From contig NW_015165850.1 in the NCBI RefSeq assembly GCF_001447785.1, positions 154,348 through 218,347 on the forward strand: a DNA stretch of 64,000 bases, in the 5' to 3' direction. The notes beneath the pieces are model-generated. The model was not told the DNA's origin, did no database searches, and worked only from the letters and a program-made list of their open reading frames with translations. The stretch is from Gekko japonicus (Eukaryota). The position numbers and the translations under genes were made by a program. Shown here piece by piece: positions 35,335 to 49,940 of the stretch; within the stretch, counting starts at the first letter, position 1, and each line of letters begins with the position of its first letter.

Positions 35335-35915
35335 ATGGCTGTGATGAAGCTCAAGTTCAGCCAGAAGAAAAGGGTAAAACTAGCACAAGGACTATGGCTC
35401 ATGAATTGGTTTTCCGTTTTTGCAGGGATCGTTGTTTTTGCCATGGGGTTGTTCTTGAAAATTGAGCTCAGGAAGCGAAGTGACCTGATGGACAATGCCG
35501 AGAGCCACTTTGTGCCCAACTCCTTGATATTGGTGGGTCTGTTATCCTGCGCCTTCAATGGTCTTGCAGGCAAGATATGCTACGATTCTCTGGATCCCAC
35601 TAAGTTTGCAAAGTGGAAGCCTCTGTTGAAACTTTATCTCATCGTTTGTTTCTTTTTTAACACCTTCATTTTTGTAGTTGCTCTTTTTTGCATTCTGATG
35701 AGGGGCTCTCTGGATGCTACACTGGCAAAAGGCCTAAAAAGTGGTATGAAGTACTACCGAGATACAGATACTCCGGGAAGGTGCTTCATGAAGAAGACCA
35801 TTGACTTGCTCCAAATTGAGTTCAAATGCTGTGGGAACAATGGTTTCAGAGACTGGTTTGAGATTCAGTGGATCAGCAACAGATACTTGGATTTTGCCTC
35901 TAAGGAAGTAAAAGA
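35335..35915 (+). CDS. PRPH2: Peripherin-2 (RDS tetraspanin) coding exon 1
   Basis: [25 protein letters not shown]...GRCFMKK (C150)...[24 protein letters not shown]. 581 nt then donor GA|GTAAGT at 35916, the same size and phase as human exon 1 coding part. Confidence 0.98.
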
Positions 35916-38149
35916 GTAAGTAGTTTAATGGAATAAAAATTATCTTTTCATACAATCCCATATAACCAGCACTCTTTCCGAACTTCCGATCAATTCAGTT
36001 TTGTCAATATGCTCTAGATCACTCAGATAGAAACAAAATATAAGTTCATTAAAGAATGCAACAGCTTGTAATCAGACTGGCATATTGATGTTCTTTAATC
36101 AGGGGGACCAGTACTGCAAATTTACAAAGAAATTACTTTATTGGCTGATACTGGCAATATAGATATGACAACTATTTTAGAAGCATTGGTTTTTATTGTC
36201 ACTTGCTAGTTTTAGGTTAATACATTTGTGTATTTTAACTCTGCTGATGCTTGCTTTCTCTTTAAGTTAGGAACAGAGGGTATAATGCAGGCTCTTGCAT
36301 GGCTTCTTGCATGGCTGCCATTAATTTCACTGGGGTTTGTGCTGGATTCTAGTATGACAATTTATCGAGACCAAGAGAGGACATCTATTAAGTTGCTCTG
36401 TGGTTATTAGGGTTTGCAGGAAAAGTAGAACTGCAGAGCTGTACACTGCTGCTGTACCTCAGAGCAATGTAGCTGCTGCCCCATTGTTTCAAGGGAAGGG
36501 GAGTATTTTAAGCATTTTTTCATATGCTCCTGCAATGTCATTCCATTGCAGTGCAGTTATACATTCAGATGCCTTACTTTTCTTACTTTTCAGAGTCTCT
36601 TGAGCTGATTAAATTTGGAAATATGACACAATAAATAAATAAATAAATAAATAACATGTAGTAAATTATAATGAATAAAAATTAAGATGAGCAGATGCTT
36701 TGTGAAGTTAATTTGGCAAATGAGAGCTGAGCAAACAAGACCTTTAATACTGTGTTCCCAAATCTACAAGTTTTGCCCCCAAAGTGGGTCACAAAGCCTC
36801 TGAAAGTGGGTCCCAGGCTTTTGCAGTTTTAATGATAATGCTCTGTTTTTTTCAAATGGGTCCCCATACATATAACATTTTGATTTATGGGTCACCATAC
36901 CAAAAGGCTGAGGACTTTGTTAATTGTTTTGAAGATGACCAAATAGATAAGACTGCAATCCTACTTTCCTGGGAGTAGACCCCATTGAATAAAAGTCCAC
37001 TTCTGAGTCGATCTGTTTAGGATTGCTCCCTGTGTGTCACATCTAAATCTCAATCAACACATGACAGAACACAGGTAGCTTTCCCCCCACCCCCTTTCCA
37101 TGCAGTGACAAGATATAGAACTGTATGAGTCCAGCAAGAGCTATCATTCCACCTTTTTAGAATACTATTATAATATGTAATAAATCAGCAAAAAATGTAA
37201 TCCATAAATAACATACATAGACTCCATCTTGAAGTATGAGGACTTAGAAACAAGAAATTAAGAATCCATTAGTGAATCACTGGACACTTGAGCCTTTCTT
37301 AAAGAATCAAAACAGCTTTCCTGACTTTTATCTATAGCATGCAAATGTAGCCCATTACACCAAGAGATGGTGAAGCTGAAGGGAAGAAGGCATAGTTCAA
37401 TCAATACCCCACTGACATGAGCAGGAAGTTTGTACTTGATTGATGTCCAGAGTTATTTTTGTTACTTTAACTTTCATGTACATATATAAAAGCTTACTTT
37501 TCAGATTTATTCATATTTAATAATCAGACATCAATATCCAAATCCCAAGAAAAAACAAGTATTGTGTAAACATGAACAACAGCCTTTAACATAAAAAAAA
37601 CATCAGCCACAAAACATCATGACCTCAAAATGCAGCACTAACCCATTATGGAGAAATGGTTTGCTGGAATAATACAGCTTTACACAGTTTGCAGAACATA
37701 ACCAGAGAAGATACTCTTTTAAACTTCCTCTGGAAAGTTATTCCACAGGGTAGATACTACCACAAGGAAGACAAAGGCTCTAAGAGAGGCCAAGTGGACT
37801 TCCCAGAATAAAGGCATCCTCAGGAGCAAGTACTAGGATGATCTAAATCGGTGGACAAGTCTAAAAAGGACCTAAGGTCTTGCAAAATGCTTAACAGTGC
37901 CATTCTCTTCATTATTACTTGGAAATAAGTGCCATGTTGTTCACTGGAACTTACTCTCGGATAAATTTGTGTAGTAATGCCACAGAAATCAATGAAACTA
38001 GTTAGTTGCAACTTAGTTAAATTCCATGAATTTCAATAAGATGTAAAGTTAACATTTTATCTGGATTGGAGCAAATAAATATGGTATGTCTATTTTAAAA
38101 AGTACTGCTTTGGTATATTTAAAATAAATTCAGCCTTTTCCTTTGCCTG

Positions 38150-38340
38150 TTTTTTTGCTGTCAAGTCGCAGCCGACTTAAGGTGACCCTGTAGGGTTTTC
38201 AACGCAAGAGATGTTCATTTCTGCCTGCCTCTACATTGCGACCCTGGACTTCCTTCGTGGTCTCCCGCTGACTACTGACCAGGGCTGACCCTGCTTAGCT
38301 TATGAGATCAGGCTAGCCTGGACTATCCAGGTCAAGGCAG
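38150..38340 (-). mobile_element. 5S-derived SINE copy, followed by an RTE tail fragment to about 38450
   Basis: CCCTGCTTAGCTT, GGTCTCCC, GGGTTTTCAA, TCAAGTCGCAGCCGACTTA motifs in family order. Confidence 0.7.
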
Positions 38341-39036
38341 CCTTTTCCTGTGTGTGTTTAAAGCGCTGTCAATTTGCTTCCGACTTATGGCAACCATATG
38401 AATTAATGTCCTCCAAAATGTCCTATCATTAACAGCCTTGTTCAGATCTTTCCCCTACCTATCCTTTTCCTGCTTTACTTTAAAATGAGAACTATCTGGG
38501 TAATTTTGTTTTTTAATTGTATATATTAATGGTAGCATAGTATAAAATATTAGATTCAGGGCAGAGTGCTTTTTATGCTTGATTGATATTGGCCATATTG
38601 TTTGGAAGATCTTAAATTTGATCTTTGCCTGTTGGTAGTTTGACCATAATGATAAGGTAGGAAGTTGTAATAGTGAAGTCACATTAACGGTTCTACTGTT
38701 TTATTACAATATTTCAAATTGAAATTCTGTGCTAAATGTTACTCAGAAGTGAAGTCCCACTTTGTTTAGGCATAGTTTCAGTTGAAGAAATACCTTTTCA
38801 TATAAATAATGACTTGAGAAAATCTAAAGAGATGTCCACTCTGCCAGCATTATCTGAAGATTTGTGAGCTGGGACATAACCCATCTTCATCAGAAGTCAT
38901 GGGTGGGGAGGGCAAGATTATGCAGTGCTTAAAAACATGCTTGTAAGAAATGTAGGTTGATCAGGCATTGCTAGGTCTAGTTATTGGTCTTGATATGCCT
39001 GATCCTACAGCAGTAACAAAACTGAGCAGATGCATG

Positions 39037-39509
39037 TAAGTTTTGCCAACCTCCAGGTGGGGCCTGGATTTCTCCCAGAATTACAAGTGATTTCTAGATT
39101 ACAGAGATCAGTTTTCTTGAGAAAAGCAACTGTTTTGGAAGGTGGACTCTATGACATTATACTAGAATACCAGCCTCCAGGTTAGACCTGGGGATTCATT
39201 AGAATTACAGTTCATGTCCAGACTATAGAGACCAGTTTCCCTTGAGAAAATGAATGCTTTGGAGGGTGGACTCTATGGTATTGTACCTCACTGAGGTCCC
39301 TGTCCTCCCCAGGCTCCATCCCCAAATCTCCAGGAGTTTCCCAGCCTGGATCTGACACCCCTACCACCCCATCTCCTACAGGTGGCCAAGGGGAACCTGG
39401 CAACCCTACATTATGCCCCACTGAGGTCCCTCTTCTCCCCAAATCCTACCCTCCTGAGACTTCACCCCAAATACCCAGCAACTTTGCAACCCATAGTTGC
39501 CAACCCTTA
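39037..39509. mobile_element. Two nested hAT MITEs of the TAGGGTTGCCA family
   Basis: Inner copy 39163-39408 with 8-bp TSD CATTATAC/CATTATGC inside an outer copy of the same family. Confidence 0.7.
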
Positions 39510-41085
39510 TGTGAGTTCATTAGGAGTTCCATGCAAACCCTGCTGAGCATTCTCATAGAAGAGTGGGGTATAAATACTGTGGTCTTTATGACAACTCTGT
39601 TCCTTTAATCTGGGCCAGTGTTTTAGACTGCTCTAGTCCACTCCAGGACTGAGTGTGGGCAAGAACAGAAGAAAAGGAAGCTGTTGTTAATGTAGTTCCC
39701 CACAGAGAAATAATCTGACTTATTAAACTGTGCTCCTGTTTAAAACTATGCTGCCTCCTTATTCTGATGCATTAAGAACCACAACAAAGTAATTAAAATA
39801 TGAGGATCCAAATATAAGGTTGGAAGTGGTTCCTTTTAAAAAATCAGATGCATAGAAGATTAAGATTATCGCAAAGATTTGTGATGTAGGAGTGAATGAA
39901 ATATATAGTACTCATAAAAACACGCATAATGTAGCTGAGCATAGTCTTGCAAGCCTGATGCACTTCATGCTGATGTCCTTCCATTGTCATGAATGGAGGT
40001 CAGACCAAGCTGTCGGTGTGCAGTTCTTCAAGTACTGTGGATGGAATTCTGCAACAACGAAGCCATGTTTCCCAAGCTATAATCTACATATTACTACAAT
40101 ATGCACATGACTTTTTATGCATTTATGTTATGCTGCTATGTAATTGATGGTATTACTATGTAATCCACTGATGGAGCATTTTACAATACTTCTCATGGAA
40201 CATGACCAAAAAAAGTATATGAAGTCCCCAAACTTCTCCACTTAATCTTAGTCCTCCGACATATACAATTGTTCCATTACCTGGCAACTGATTATTATAT
40301 GACACCATTTCTTAAATTATGAAGTTTCTCCCTCACAACATTTTTGCTGAAGAATGCATAGACATCCATTATGTAAAGTATCATTTTAACAGTAGTAAAA
40401 GCCAATCAGGGTGGTAGATAAAAGACTGGTCTGCAATAGGCTGACTTGTCACTCAGTCTCCCCTGGGGACTATGGACACTTGTTCGGTGAGGATAGGTGA
40501 TGCAGAATATTCTCAGCACCATCATTAAGCTGCAACACTCCAGATTCTTTGGAGGAAGTCTTGACAGTTAAATGGGTGTATAATCAATATATGTTTGTAC
40601 AAATGACTAGGAAGACCTGGGCTAAAATCTCTGTTCAAACACAGCTCACTCGATAGCTTTTGGCAAGTACTATACACGGATCTCATGAATGATGGTAGAA
40701 AGTACCATCAAGTCGCAGCCAAATCAGGGTTTTCAAGGCAACAGATGACCAGAAGTGGTGTGCCATTGCCTGACTCTGTACAGCGACCCTGGCCTTCCTT
40801 GGTGGTCTCCTGTCCAAGAACTAACCAGGGCTGACATTGTTAAAATGTTAAGTTTAGAATGAACAAAACATGGCTCAGAAACTGATCACTGCTTGTTGGT
40901 GTTATGTTTATAAAGAAATTCTACAGCCCTTGGGGCTTATTTATACAATGGGTGTCCCTGAAATAGTAGCAATCCTTTCTACCACTTACATTCTTACATG
41001 ATCCACAGGATGTAGCTGAGGGTGGTCAAAAGTGACAAAAGAGGAAACTTCCAGCAGATGAGTGATCATCCATGAAGCTTTTTAG

Positions 41086-41337
41086 GGTCCTTTCCGCACT
41101 TGGATCTCATGGTTCTGTCAGAGTTCAACTCATGACACAATACCTTGCATTTATTCCTGGTTATAACAGCATCCATTTATCCCGGGACAAGTGTGGGATG
41201 ACACCAGGGTGACCTCAATGTAATGTGGAAACAAAAAATACCCTGAGATAGTTACAGGGATGAACTCAAGTGTAGTGTAGAATGTAAGTGTTGAGAAAGG
41301 GCTGAACCAGGATTTAAGGTCTAGTGCAGAAAGGACC
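41086..41337. mobile_element. PIF/Harbinger MITE in PRPH2 intron 1
   Basis: TIR GGTCCTTTCCGCACT / AGTGCAGAAAGGACC (14/15); 3-bp TSD TAG. Confidence 0.8.
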
Positions 41338-42820
41338 TAGAGGGCCTTAGGGGCAGTCATCACCCCCCCCCCCAGTCTTTCTATTTATCTGAACATAAAA
41401 TCAAGTGTATAACACCTTGAAATCTCCCTGATCACCCAGGAAGACATAGGGATTACAAATATAATGGACAAAACAGATTTATGAAGCATTACATTGGAGC
41501 TTGCAGGTCCATTCCACTAGCAGCAGCAATTTCTCCTGGCACAAGAGGCCCTTCCCCTGATGCTGGAGACTTGAGCCTCTTGTGTCAGGCATAGGCATCT
41601 TGAGCTGGGGGAAATCACTGCCATTAGGGGAATAGGCTTGTAGGGTTAGGGTTGTCAGCCCCCCCCCCCCCCCCTGGGGGATGGGGGGGGAGGGTTGCCA
41701 GATCCAGGATGGGAAACTCCTTGGTGATTTGAGGATAGACCTTAGGGAGGACAGGGACCTCAATGATGTACAAGGCCATAGAGTCCTCCTCCCACAACAT
41801 TCATTTTCTCCAGAGGAACTGATCTCTGGAGATGAGTTGTAATTCCAGGGGATCCCCAGGTCTCACTTGGAGGCTGGCATCCCTACATAGGATCCAGTCA
41901 ACTGCACTGTGAATTCCTATGTATCAGAATTGCTTGCGGAACACTACAATCAGAAACTGCTTTTTGTGCCTTTGTAATCTTTGTGGAGCCAGACATTGAT
42001 CACAGGGGCATGATGATCTTCAGTCACTGCTCCCCTCTTCTGGACGAGGAGGAATGAAGATCTACTTATTCTCAAAAGTCATGCCAAAAAATAATAATAT
42101 GGGTTTGAAGGTGTTTCTTCTGGGTTTGAGTTATAGTTTGCTTTGCTGTTGTATTCATGTTTCTGATTTAAGTTACTTTTATTGTTTTATTATATATAGA
42201 AATGACTTTGTAGGTTAAAACATATAAATATATATTTAAATGTTTAAATTTTACATGTGGATAATAAGCAGAGGTTACAGGACTGCGTACATAAGAGGCA
42301 TATGAACTCGAGCTCACCTAACACAGCTTAGTTCCTTTTTAGCAATCTTTGTAATCCAGGTAATTAGAGAGTGGGATTTCCCTGGCCTCTTGCTCCAAAG
42401 TGGGTCATCCAAGTCTGTATTAATATGATGAATCCATGATCTAGGGCAACTGAGTAGGTTATAAAGGTCTACTGTATATATTATTCTTGGGGGGGGATCC
42501 TCACCCTTCCTCCAAGGAACTCAAGGAAGAGCACTTGGTTCTCCTCTCCATTTGACCACTACAAGTTTTATTTTCGTTAGGCATAGGGAGACTGACTGGC
42601 CTAAGGTCATCTAGTGAGTTTCATGGCAAACAGTATTTGAACCTGAGAGTCCCCAACTGTATTCAGCACTCTAACCACCACACTACTCTTAGTATGTAAA
42701 ATGTTTAGAACACACTCTGTGGGGGCTTGTTATTTTGACCCATTTTTCCTCAGTGGTTATCAGTCCTATACAAACAGAATTTGTTGTTTTCTTTACTGAC
42801 TGTGCTTTGCCTGTTTACAG

Positions 42821-43067
42821 TCGCATTAAAAGCAACGTGGATGGCAGATACCTGATGGATGGTGTCCCCTTCAGCTGCTGCAATCCAAGTTCCCCACGAC
42901 CATGCATCCAGTACCAGGTCTCTAATAATTCAGCTCACTACAGCTATGACTATCAAACAGAAGAGCTCAACCTATGGACCCGTGGCTGCAGGGAAGCTCT
43001 GCTTAAGTACTACAGTGGCATGATGAGCTCAATGGGAGTCGTCGTCCTCTTTGTCTGGGTTTTGGAG
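42821..43067 (+). CDS. PRPH2: Peripherin-2 coding exon 2 (D2 loop and start of TM4)
   Basis: Acceptor TGTTTACAG| at 42820; (D)[28 protein letters not shown]...NNSAHYSY...[10 protein letters not shown]; donor GAG|GTAATT at 43068; 247 nt as in human. Confidence 0.98.
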
Positions 43068-45562
43068 GTAATTCACTAGTTGTTCATACATATTTTTCAG
43101 AATAGGCACTCAAAGAATGCTCCTGTACAGATTTGCAAGTATTGGTAATTAGAAGCAGTAAGTCTCTAAAAGGGAGGCTAATGTGGTTCAACAAACATTG
43201 TTCCAACATTAATTCCACAGGGCGGGCAAACCCTATGGTGTAGCGCTGAAGTTCCTTCCCCTCTGCATTACAGATGATCAGGGATACATGTGGCATAAGT
43301 GTGGATGCATGAATTGACAGCCAATTCGAGTCTCATATGCAAAAGATTGGAAAAGCATGGCATTACCAGTCATTCAAAGTTGTTTGTGTTGGTATCTGAA
43401 AAGAATAGGCATCCTGAAGTAATATTTCACAGTAATTTCCCTTCTCCTTTGGACAGTTACAGTTTTGTTTTTAAAGCCCCAAGATTCAACACCTCTTTTG
43501 AGAAAGTATACCCATGAGAAATTTGTTTTATCTGATTCTGAACTGGGTCCTAGAGTGTGGATCAAAAAATCCACGCAGTGTGCCAAGTGACAGATCGGGA
43601 CATGGGGTCTACAAACCAGAGGGAAGCCCCAGGTTTGCAGAAATATCTGAAATCTAAAAATAAAAAAATACATTGGTTTAAGACTCCCAAAATAATAGAA
43701 GCAAAGCTTGTAGCATTAAGAGATGAATGCTGACCTAGATTTTATGAGATTATGTTTCGAGTACCTTGGAGGCCATTTATTGGGTTGCTTCTTAGTCACA
43801 ACAATATTGCTGAATTTCCATTCAAATATAGGGGGACTGAAAAAAGCAAAAGATGGAAGGAAGGGAAGGAAGGAAGGAAGCAGGGGAAAGGGAGAGAAGA
43901 AGAAGATGAATGGGAGAGAACAAGTAGTTAGGTGGGAGTGAAGAAAAAGAAAGAGGCTGCCAGTGGGGGTAAGGAGGAAAAACTGAAGACTGGGGGACCA
44001 AATAAAATAAGGTTGATAGGTATGAGGGATGGAGAGATGGAAGCAGGGAAAGGGGAGGGCCTCTGAAAGCTGTTAGGGGGACAGAAAGTAGAAATACTGC
44101 AGGGTGGTGGCAGATACGGGGGGGGGAATGAGATGCCTCTTTGCAAATCATTACTGACCCCTTATTTGTTTATTACTAGTCTTGAATTAGTATTTTGGAA
44201 TAGATTGAAGAATATTTTCACCCTACCTCAAAAGAGATTTACTTTTATGTCGTATAGTAAGATAAAATATGGCCATATACATTAAAGTTCTTTCTCAGAT
44301 ATTAGTGCGTGTCCAAAAAGGAGAGTTTTGCTCATTTAAGGCTTCAGGAAGTATTCTGCTTGGATGTTACAGGAATATTCCATAGAATACAAGTAATTTT
44401 ATCTGGGGCAGACATAGAGGATCTCCTTCGTTATTCCAATGTTATGTTTTGAACCAGATGCCTTAATTTCTATTTCCAGTTTTTAATTAGTTAATTTTTA
44501 GTTGTTTATTTTGTTGTTTCTTTTGTTCTGTTACAATGCTTATTTAAGAGAATTTACATTAATTGTTAAAAATCATGAGTATAGCTTAAAAAGGCTTATT
44601 GATAGATTTCAACATATGAAACCACCACCACCCCATAACATAGCATGTAGAATATATTCTACATATTGGGAAATTATACATATTAATTAAAAGCAGAAAA
44701 ATCAGCATTACCAAATAAAAGTCTGTGTTAACCAGACCAATTTCCAGTAAACACACAAGAAATTCTGGACAGAAGTACTGTTTTCCATAATGTTCACTTT
44801 CTGGAGGCCAAGAAGAATGTCTAAGTATCATTAGTGGTGTGTGACCTCTGGCAATATGAATACAGGGAGTCTCTTCCCAACAATCTCAGGAAGGATGTTC
44901 TACAACATAGGGAAGCCACTGTAAATGCCTAAGACTAACTAATTAACATTTTGCTGTCTTTAATTGGCATCCCAGATCTGCTGTCTGAAGTAGGCTGCTT
45001 CACCAAACCTAATATCCTGAACCAAAAGGAGGAGCTTCTTCGGTGATCATGAATAATTAAGGCTGTGTGGCCAAAGATGGGAGAAATTAGAAACTGAATG
45101 TGTCACCATGTCCCAATATTGATACCAGCTGTTAACAATAGTATTCTTTAAAATAGAATCTGCTCGTGGTTTATCAATTCAAGATGTTATTAAAACACTG
45201 ACCTTTTATTTGTTCCCAGTCAGCTCTCAGAGCACTGGTTAATCAGTAAGTTCTTTTATTTTTCCTGTACTGATTTTCCATTACGATTCTGACAAGAGGA
45301 TAAGGGAAGAGGAAAACTGATGTTTTGCTTCGGTTAGAAATGTTCAGCTTTTAATATAATCAAGAGAAAACTTGTATCCCATTGTTTACTCTAATTTAAA
45401 TGAAACAATCTACTCTTTAGCCATTTGCCAAGATCTAGATTAGAATATAGCTATCTTCTGTTTTAGACAAATCCCTTGGAAGGATTCTGACCACTTTACT
45501 AGAGAAATCTTTATGGTGAGCAATCTGAGCAAGGCTATTAACGACAGGACATTTGGGAGGTA

Positions 45563-46214
45563 TTTTAAGAAAGATACAGAAAAGCTGGAACATGTCCAGA
45601 GGAGCGCAACAAAGATGGTGAGGGGTCTGGAGACCAAGTTCTATGAGGGAAAGTTGGAGGAGCTCAGTATGTTTAGCCTGGAGAGGAGACAACTGAGAGG
45701 TGATATGATAACCATCTTCAAATACTTGAAGGGCTGTCATATAGAGGATGGTACGGAATTGTTTTCTGTTGCCCCAGAAGGTCAGACCAGAACTAACAGG
45801 TTGAAATTAAATCAAATGAATTTTTGGCTAAACATTAGGAAGAACTCCCTGATACTTAGAGTGGTTCCTCAGTGGAACAGGCTTCCTCAGGAGGTGGTTG
45901 GCTCTCCCTCTTTGGAGATTTTTAAACAGAGGCTAGATGGCCATCTGACAGCAATGCTGATTCTGTGAACTTAGACAGATCATGAGAGGGAGGGCAGGAA
46001 GGGTTGCATCAGTGCTTAGTTCTTGTGGCCGTTTCTTACACGCCCAGAGAAATTTTCTCCAGGGCAGTTTGGCTGGGGATCCTGGAGGGTTTTTTGCCAT
46101 ATTTTGGTCATGGAGTAGGGGTCACTGGGGGTGGGGTAATTGTGAATTTCCTGCATTATGTCGGGGGTTGGACTAGATGACCCTGGAGGTCCCTTCCAAC
46201 TCTATGATTCTGTG
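45563..46214 (+). mobile_element. CR1 LINE 3' fragment (ORF2 C-terminus + 3'UTR)
   Basis: FKKDTEKLEHVQRSATKMVRGLE...LEELSMFSLERRQLRGDMITIFKYLKG...WNRLPQEVV; terminal GGACTAGATGACC...CCCTTCCAACTCTATGATTCT. Confidence 0.92.
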
Positions 46215-48297
46215 GAAGGAGTTGGCAGAGGCTTATCATCTGTGCCTTCCTCCAGCAGCTTCCTGACCTCCCCCCCCCAAGTTTGGAAACCTCAGGGTGG
46301 GGTTGATCCAGCAGGAGTCTGGGGAGGTGACAGAGTTTCTGGTGATTCTTAGAAAAGACTCGTGCCACTTCCAGGTTTTTCCTTGAAAGTGAAGTCATGC
46401 CAGCAGACTAATGGTGATTTTGGGGTTTTTTAATTGATTTAAAATATTTCTATGCCACTTCCATCCAAATAGGGTCCCAAGGCAGCAAACATCAAAATGT
46501 AAAACATTTAATCATTAAAAACATTTAAAATGAAGCACATATACAATAAAGCAATAGCAATGTATGAACACACACAACACCAAAAACAGGGAGGAAGCCA
46601 ATAATAGTTATTCTCCTGACAGCCCTATCTCTAGGTTGTGCTGGAGGTCTCTAAGAATTACAGCTAATCTACAGACTGTGGTTCCCCTGGAAAAAATGGA
46701 AGGGTTTGGCAGACAGGCTTTATGGCATCACATCTCTACTGAGCCCTGTCCCTCCCCCAAACATCATCTTCCTTAGGCACTCCCCCACACACACAATCTC
46801 CAGTAACTTCCCAAGCCATAGTTGGCAGCACTCTCCCTCTCTCATAAAGCCGCAGATATGACTGAGTGGGCCCTCCTGAAGAAAATATGCAACACAGGGT
46901 CCATAGCCACAAGAGGAAATCAGCCAAAATCAACTTCTTCCCACTCTTGTACAAGCACATCTAGCTTGGCCTATTCATCCAAGAATTGGGGGAAGGTGGA
47001 AATCTTCCACATACTCCCCTGTCTTTTCTACAACCTGTCTTCCTTGTGTGATGCAGATTATTAGTAATGAGTGTCCCCTCTTCCTCAGTAACTTTTTCTA
47101 GAGGCACAGGAGTCAGAATCTAACCTATCTCTTATAAAATTTGTGTTATTTATAGTCCGCCTTCCTCATTGAGACTCAAGGGGGATTACACAGTGTAAAT
47201 CTATAGTCTATTACAGGATGGGGCAGCCAAAAAGTGTCTAATAGAATTAGGACTGGGAAATCTGGAACAAAAGTAAAACAAAGCATGAATATTAACATGA
47301 CATGTTAAACAATTCAGAAATGACTCAGTAGAATGATACATATAGCAGCAGACAGCACGTACTACACGCCAGTATAGTCCATAGTCCCTTTACCCTTCAT
47401 TAAAGCTTCCTTCTGTACCATTCAGTTATAATACAGCTCCAATACAGTATAGTATAGCTTCACTTAAAATATAGTAGCCTTTTCTTTGTTTGAGGTATGG
47501 TTTTTTGGCAAGGAAAAATTGTACCATGTGTTGCTGCAGATTTCCCAGGCTGTATGGCTGTGGTCTTGGCCAAGACCACAGCCATACAGTCTGGAAAATC
47601 TACAACAACTACTGAACTCTAGCCGTGAAAGCCTTCGACAACAGTACCAGGTGTATTACTGTCTGTTATTATATTTCATGATGCCCTTTTTCTAAAGTGC
47701 TCAGGGAAGCGTATCTGGTACTTTCCTCTATTTTATCCTCACAACAGTCTTGTGAGATGGGTTAGGCTGAGAGACAGTGACAGCCTCAAGTCAACCCTTG
47801 AACTTCATGGCTGGGGGATGGGCTCGGACCCAAGTCTGCTGGATCCTTATCCAACCACTACACCATGCCGGCTCTCTATAATCCAGACAGAACAGGAGGG
47901 TAGTGCTAGATTAGTAGCCTCAGCAACAGGGAAATTATGCTCTCCATTTTGAGGGAGAGGTTTGAAAGATTTGCATTTTGGCTCTGGGGATGGTAGAGCA
48001 AAATTAAAAAAAAAAAGAATATATAAGAAAATACTTTCTAAATAGTCCTCTTCCAGCAATTCGGAAACCATTACACATCAGTCTCCCCATAAACAACAGG
48101 TTATGACCCTCGATGAAAATTACATAGTTAAACAGAACAGATGTGATCCAACCTTTATTGAAGCATTTGTTGTTAATTTTGAAATACAAACTTCAGAGCC
48201 TTGCAATGAGAGATCATATGATCAGAGAAGACAGAAAGAGGCCAGCTAGGATGTGGGATGGTGGTGTGGTTCAGGCTTGCAAAGGAACACAAAGTGG

Positions 48298-48643
48298 TAA
48301 GGTAAAGGTTCCCTTGCTCGAAAGCCAGTCGAGTCCGACTCTAGGGTTGCGGTGCTCATCTCCGTTTCAAAGCCGAAGAGCCAGCACTGTCCGAAGACGT
48401 TTCTGTGGTCATGTGGCCGGCATGACTAAACACCAAGGTGCACGGAACGCTGTTACCTTCCCACCGAAGTGGTACCTATTTATCTACTTGCAATTTCTTG
48501 CTTTCGAACTGCTAGGTTGGCAGGAGCTGGAACTAGAGACAGGAGCTCACTCTGTCATGCAGCAACTTGGGTCTCAAACTGCTGAACTACTGACCTTCCA
48601 CAGCCTGCAGTTCAGCGTCTTAACCACTTGAGCCACCGCAGCC
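48298..48643 (-). mobile_element. Sauria SINE, full length
   Basis: GGTAAAGGT tail, diagnostic GTGGTCATGTGGCCGGCATGACT and GTTACCTTCCCACCGAAGTGGTACCTATTTATCTAC, tRNA head at right; TSD AAAGTGG (48291-48297, 48644-48650). Confidence 0.9.
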
Positions 48644-49940
48644 AAAGTGGACTGTTACTTAAAATGGCCACTGTCCGCTCCAAACAGCCATTTTGAAAAT
48701 ATGTTGTTCTTAAATTTGTCTTTTTCAATTAAAATTATAGAATGATTTTTTTCTATATTTATTGTGGTTTCATCCAGAAGTGATACTATAATTTTTTCGC
48801 TGATTAACTGAAATATTTTTATTTTTCACCCCATTCAATTACCCATTAATAAATATCAGAAAAAAAGGATTACAAAGGAACTTGCAATGGCGGTGAGGAA
48901 AGTCTCTTATACACATATTAACAATTTAAAGCTCAGTGAAAAAAAACACTTTTCACAACATTTGCTTTAATCAGAGCTCTTGAGACTTTACCATCAGGAG
49001 ACCGAGTATTTGATCTAAAATAATTGACAAAGCAGAAGCACTGACAGGGTAAGTTACAAACTATATGGAAGGCCAGTGATCAAAGAAAATCTAATTTAAA
49101 AGCAGCACAAAAAAGTTGCAAGTTTGCTGCATTATAGACTCTAAAACCACTAATCAAATCCCCTTGGCCTATTGGAAGGAACTTTATCTTAGCATATGGC
49201 AGTTCTTTTATTTATTGTGTAAGCTATTCACTCTTTCCAGNNNNNNNNNNNNNNNNNNNNNNNNNNNNNNNNNNNNNNNNNNNNNNNNNNNNNNNNNNNN
49301 NNNNNNNNNNNNNNNNNNNNNNNNNNNNNNNNNNNNNNNNNTTCCCTACATTCCCCTACCCTTTCACTTGTAAAAAGTTGATGTTGGGGAGGGGGTCAGG
49401 AGATCCACATGTACCAAAAGCCATGAAGGACAGATGATGGCAGTGAAGAGGGTGAATGAGGTGAAATCATACATACTGGCTCTTTTACCAGTGGCAATTC
49501 TGCTGGCACGAGAAGCCCCATTGACATACAAGTTAGAGAGGAGTGCTTGCACCTGCTTCCCTCCTCCTCTTGTGACTCTTTGCATGGCTCCACAGGTCAA
49601 TAGTAACAGCTTTTTGTAGGCCATAAGGGGCTGTCTGGAGAGGTGGGATGGAGGGACAATCCATATTCACAAGCACCTTCCACTTGTGTTTCATTGGGCC
49701 CAACTTCTATCAATACATTAGAACCAAGCAGCAGCATAAAACCAGTTTAAAATCAGTTCAGCCAACAGAATTAAAAGCAGTGTAGCAGCATTAAGTACTG
49801 GTTAAATTCAGCAGCAGTTGATAAATTGATTAGAACACGATTTAGGGGGCAATGAAGGAAATTACAATTATTAAGTTTTCTGACTTAAATTTGCTAGCTT
49901 TCTGTTAATGATGTAATGTCAATTTTATCAGTGGATGTGC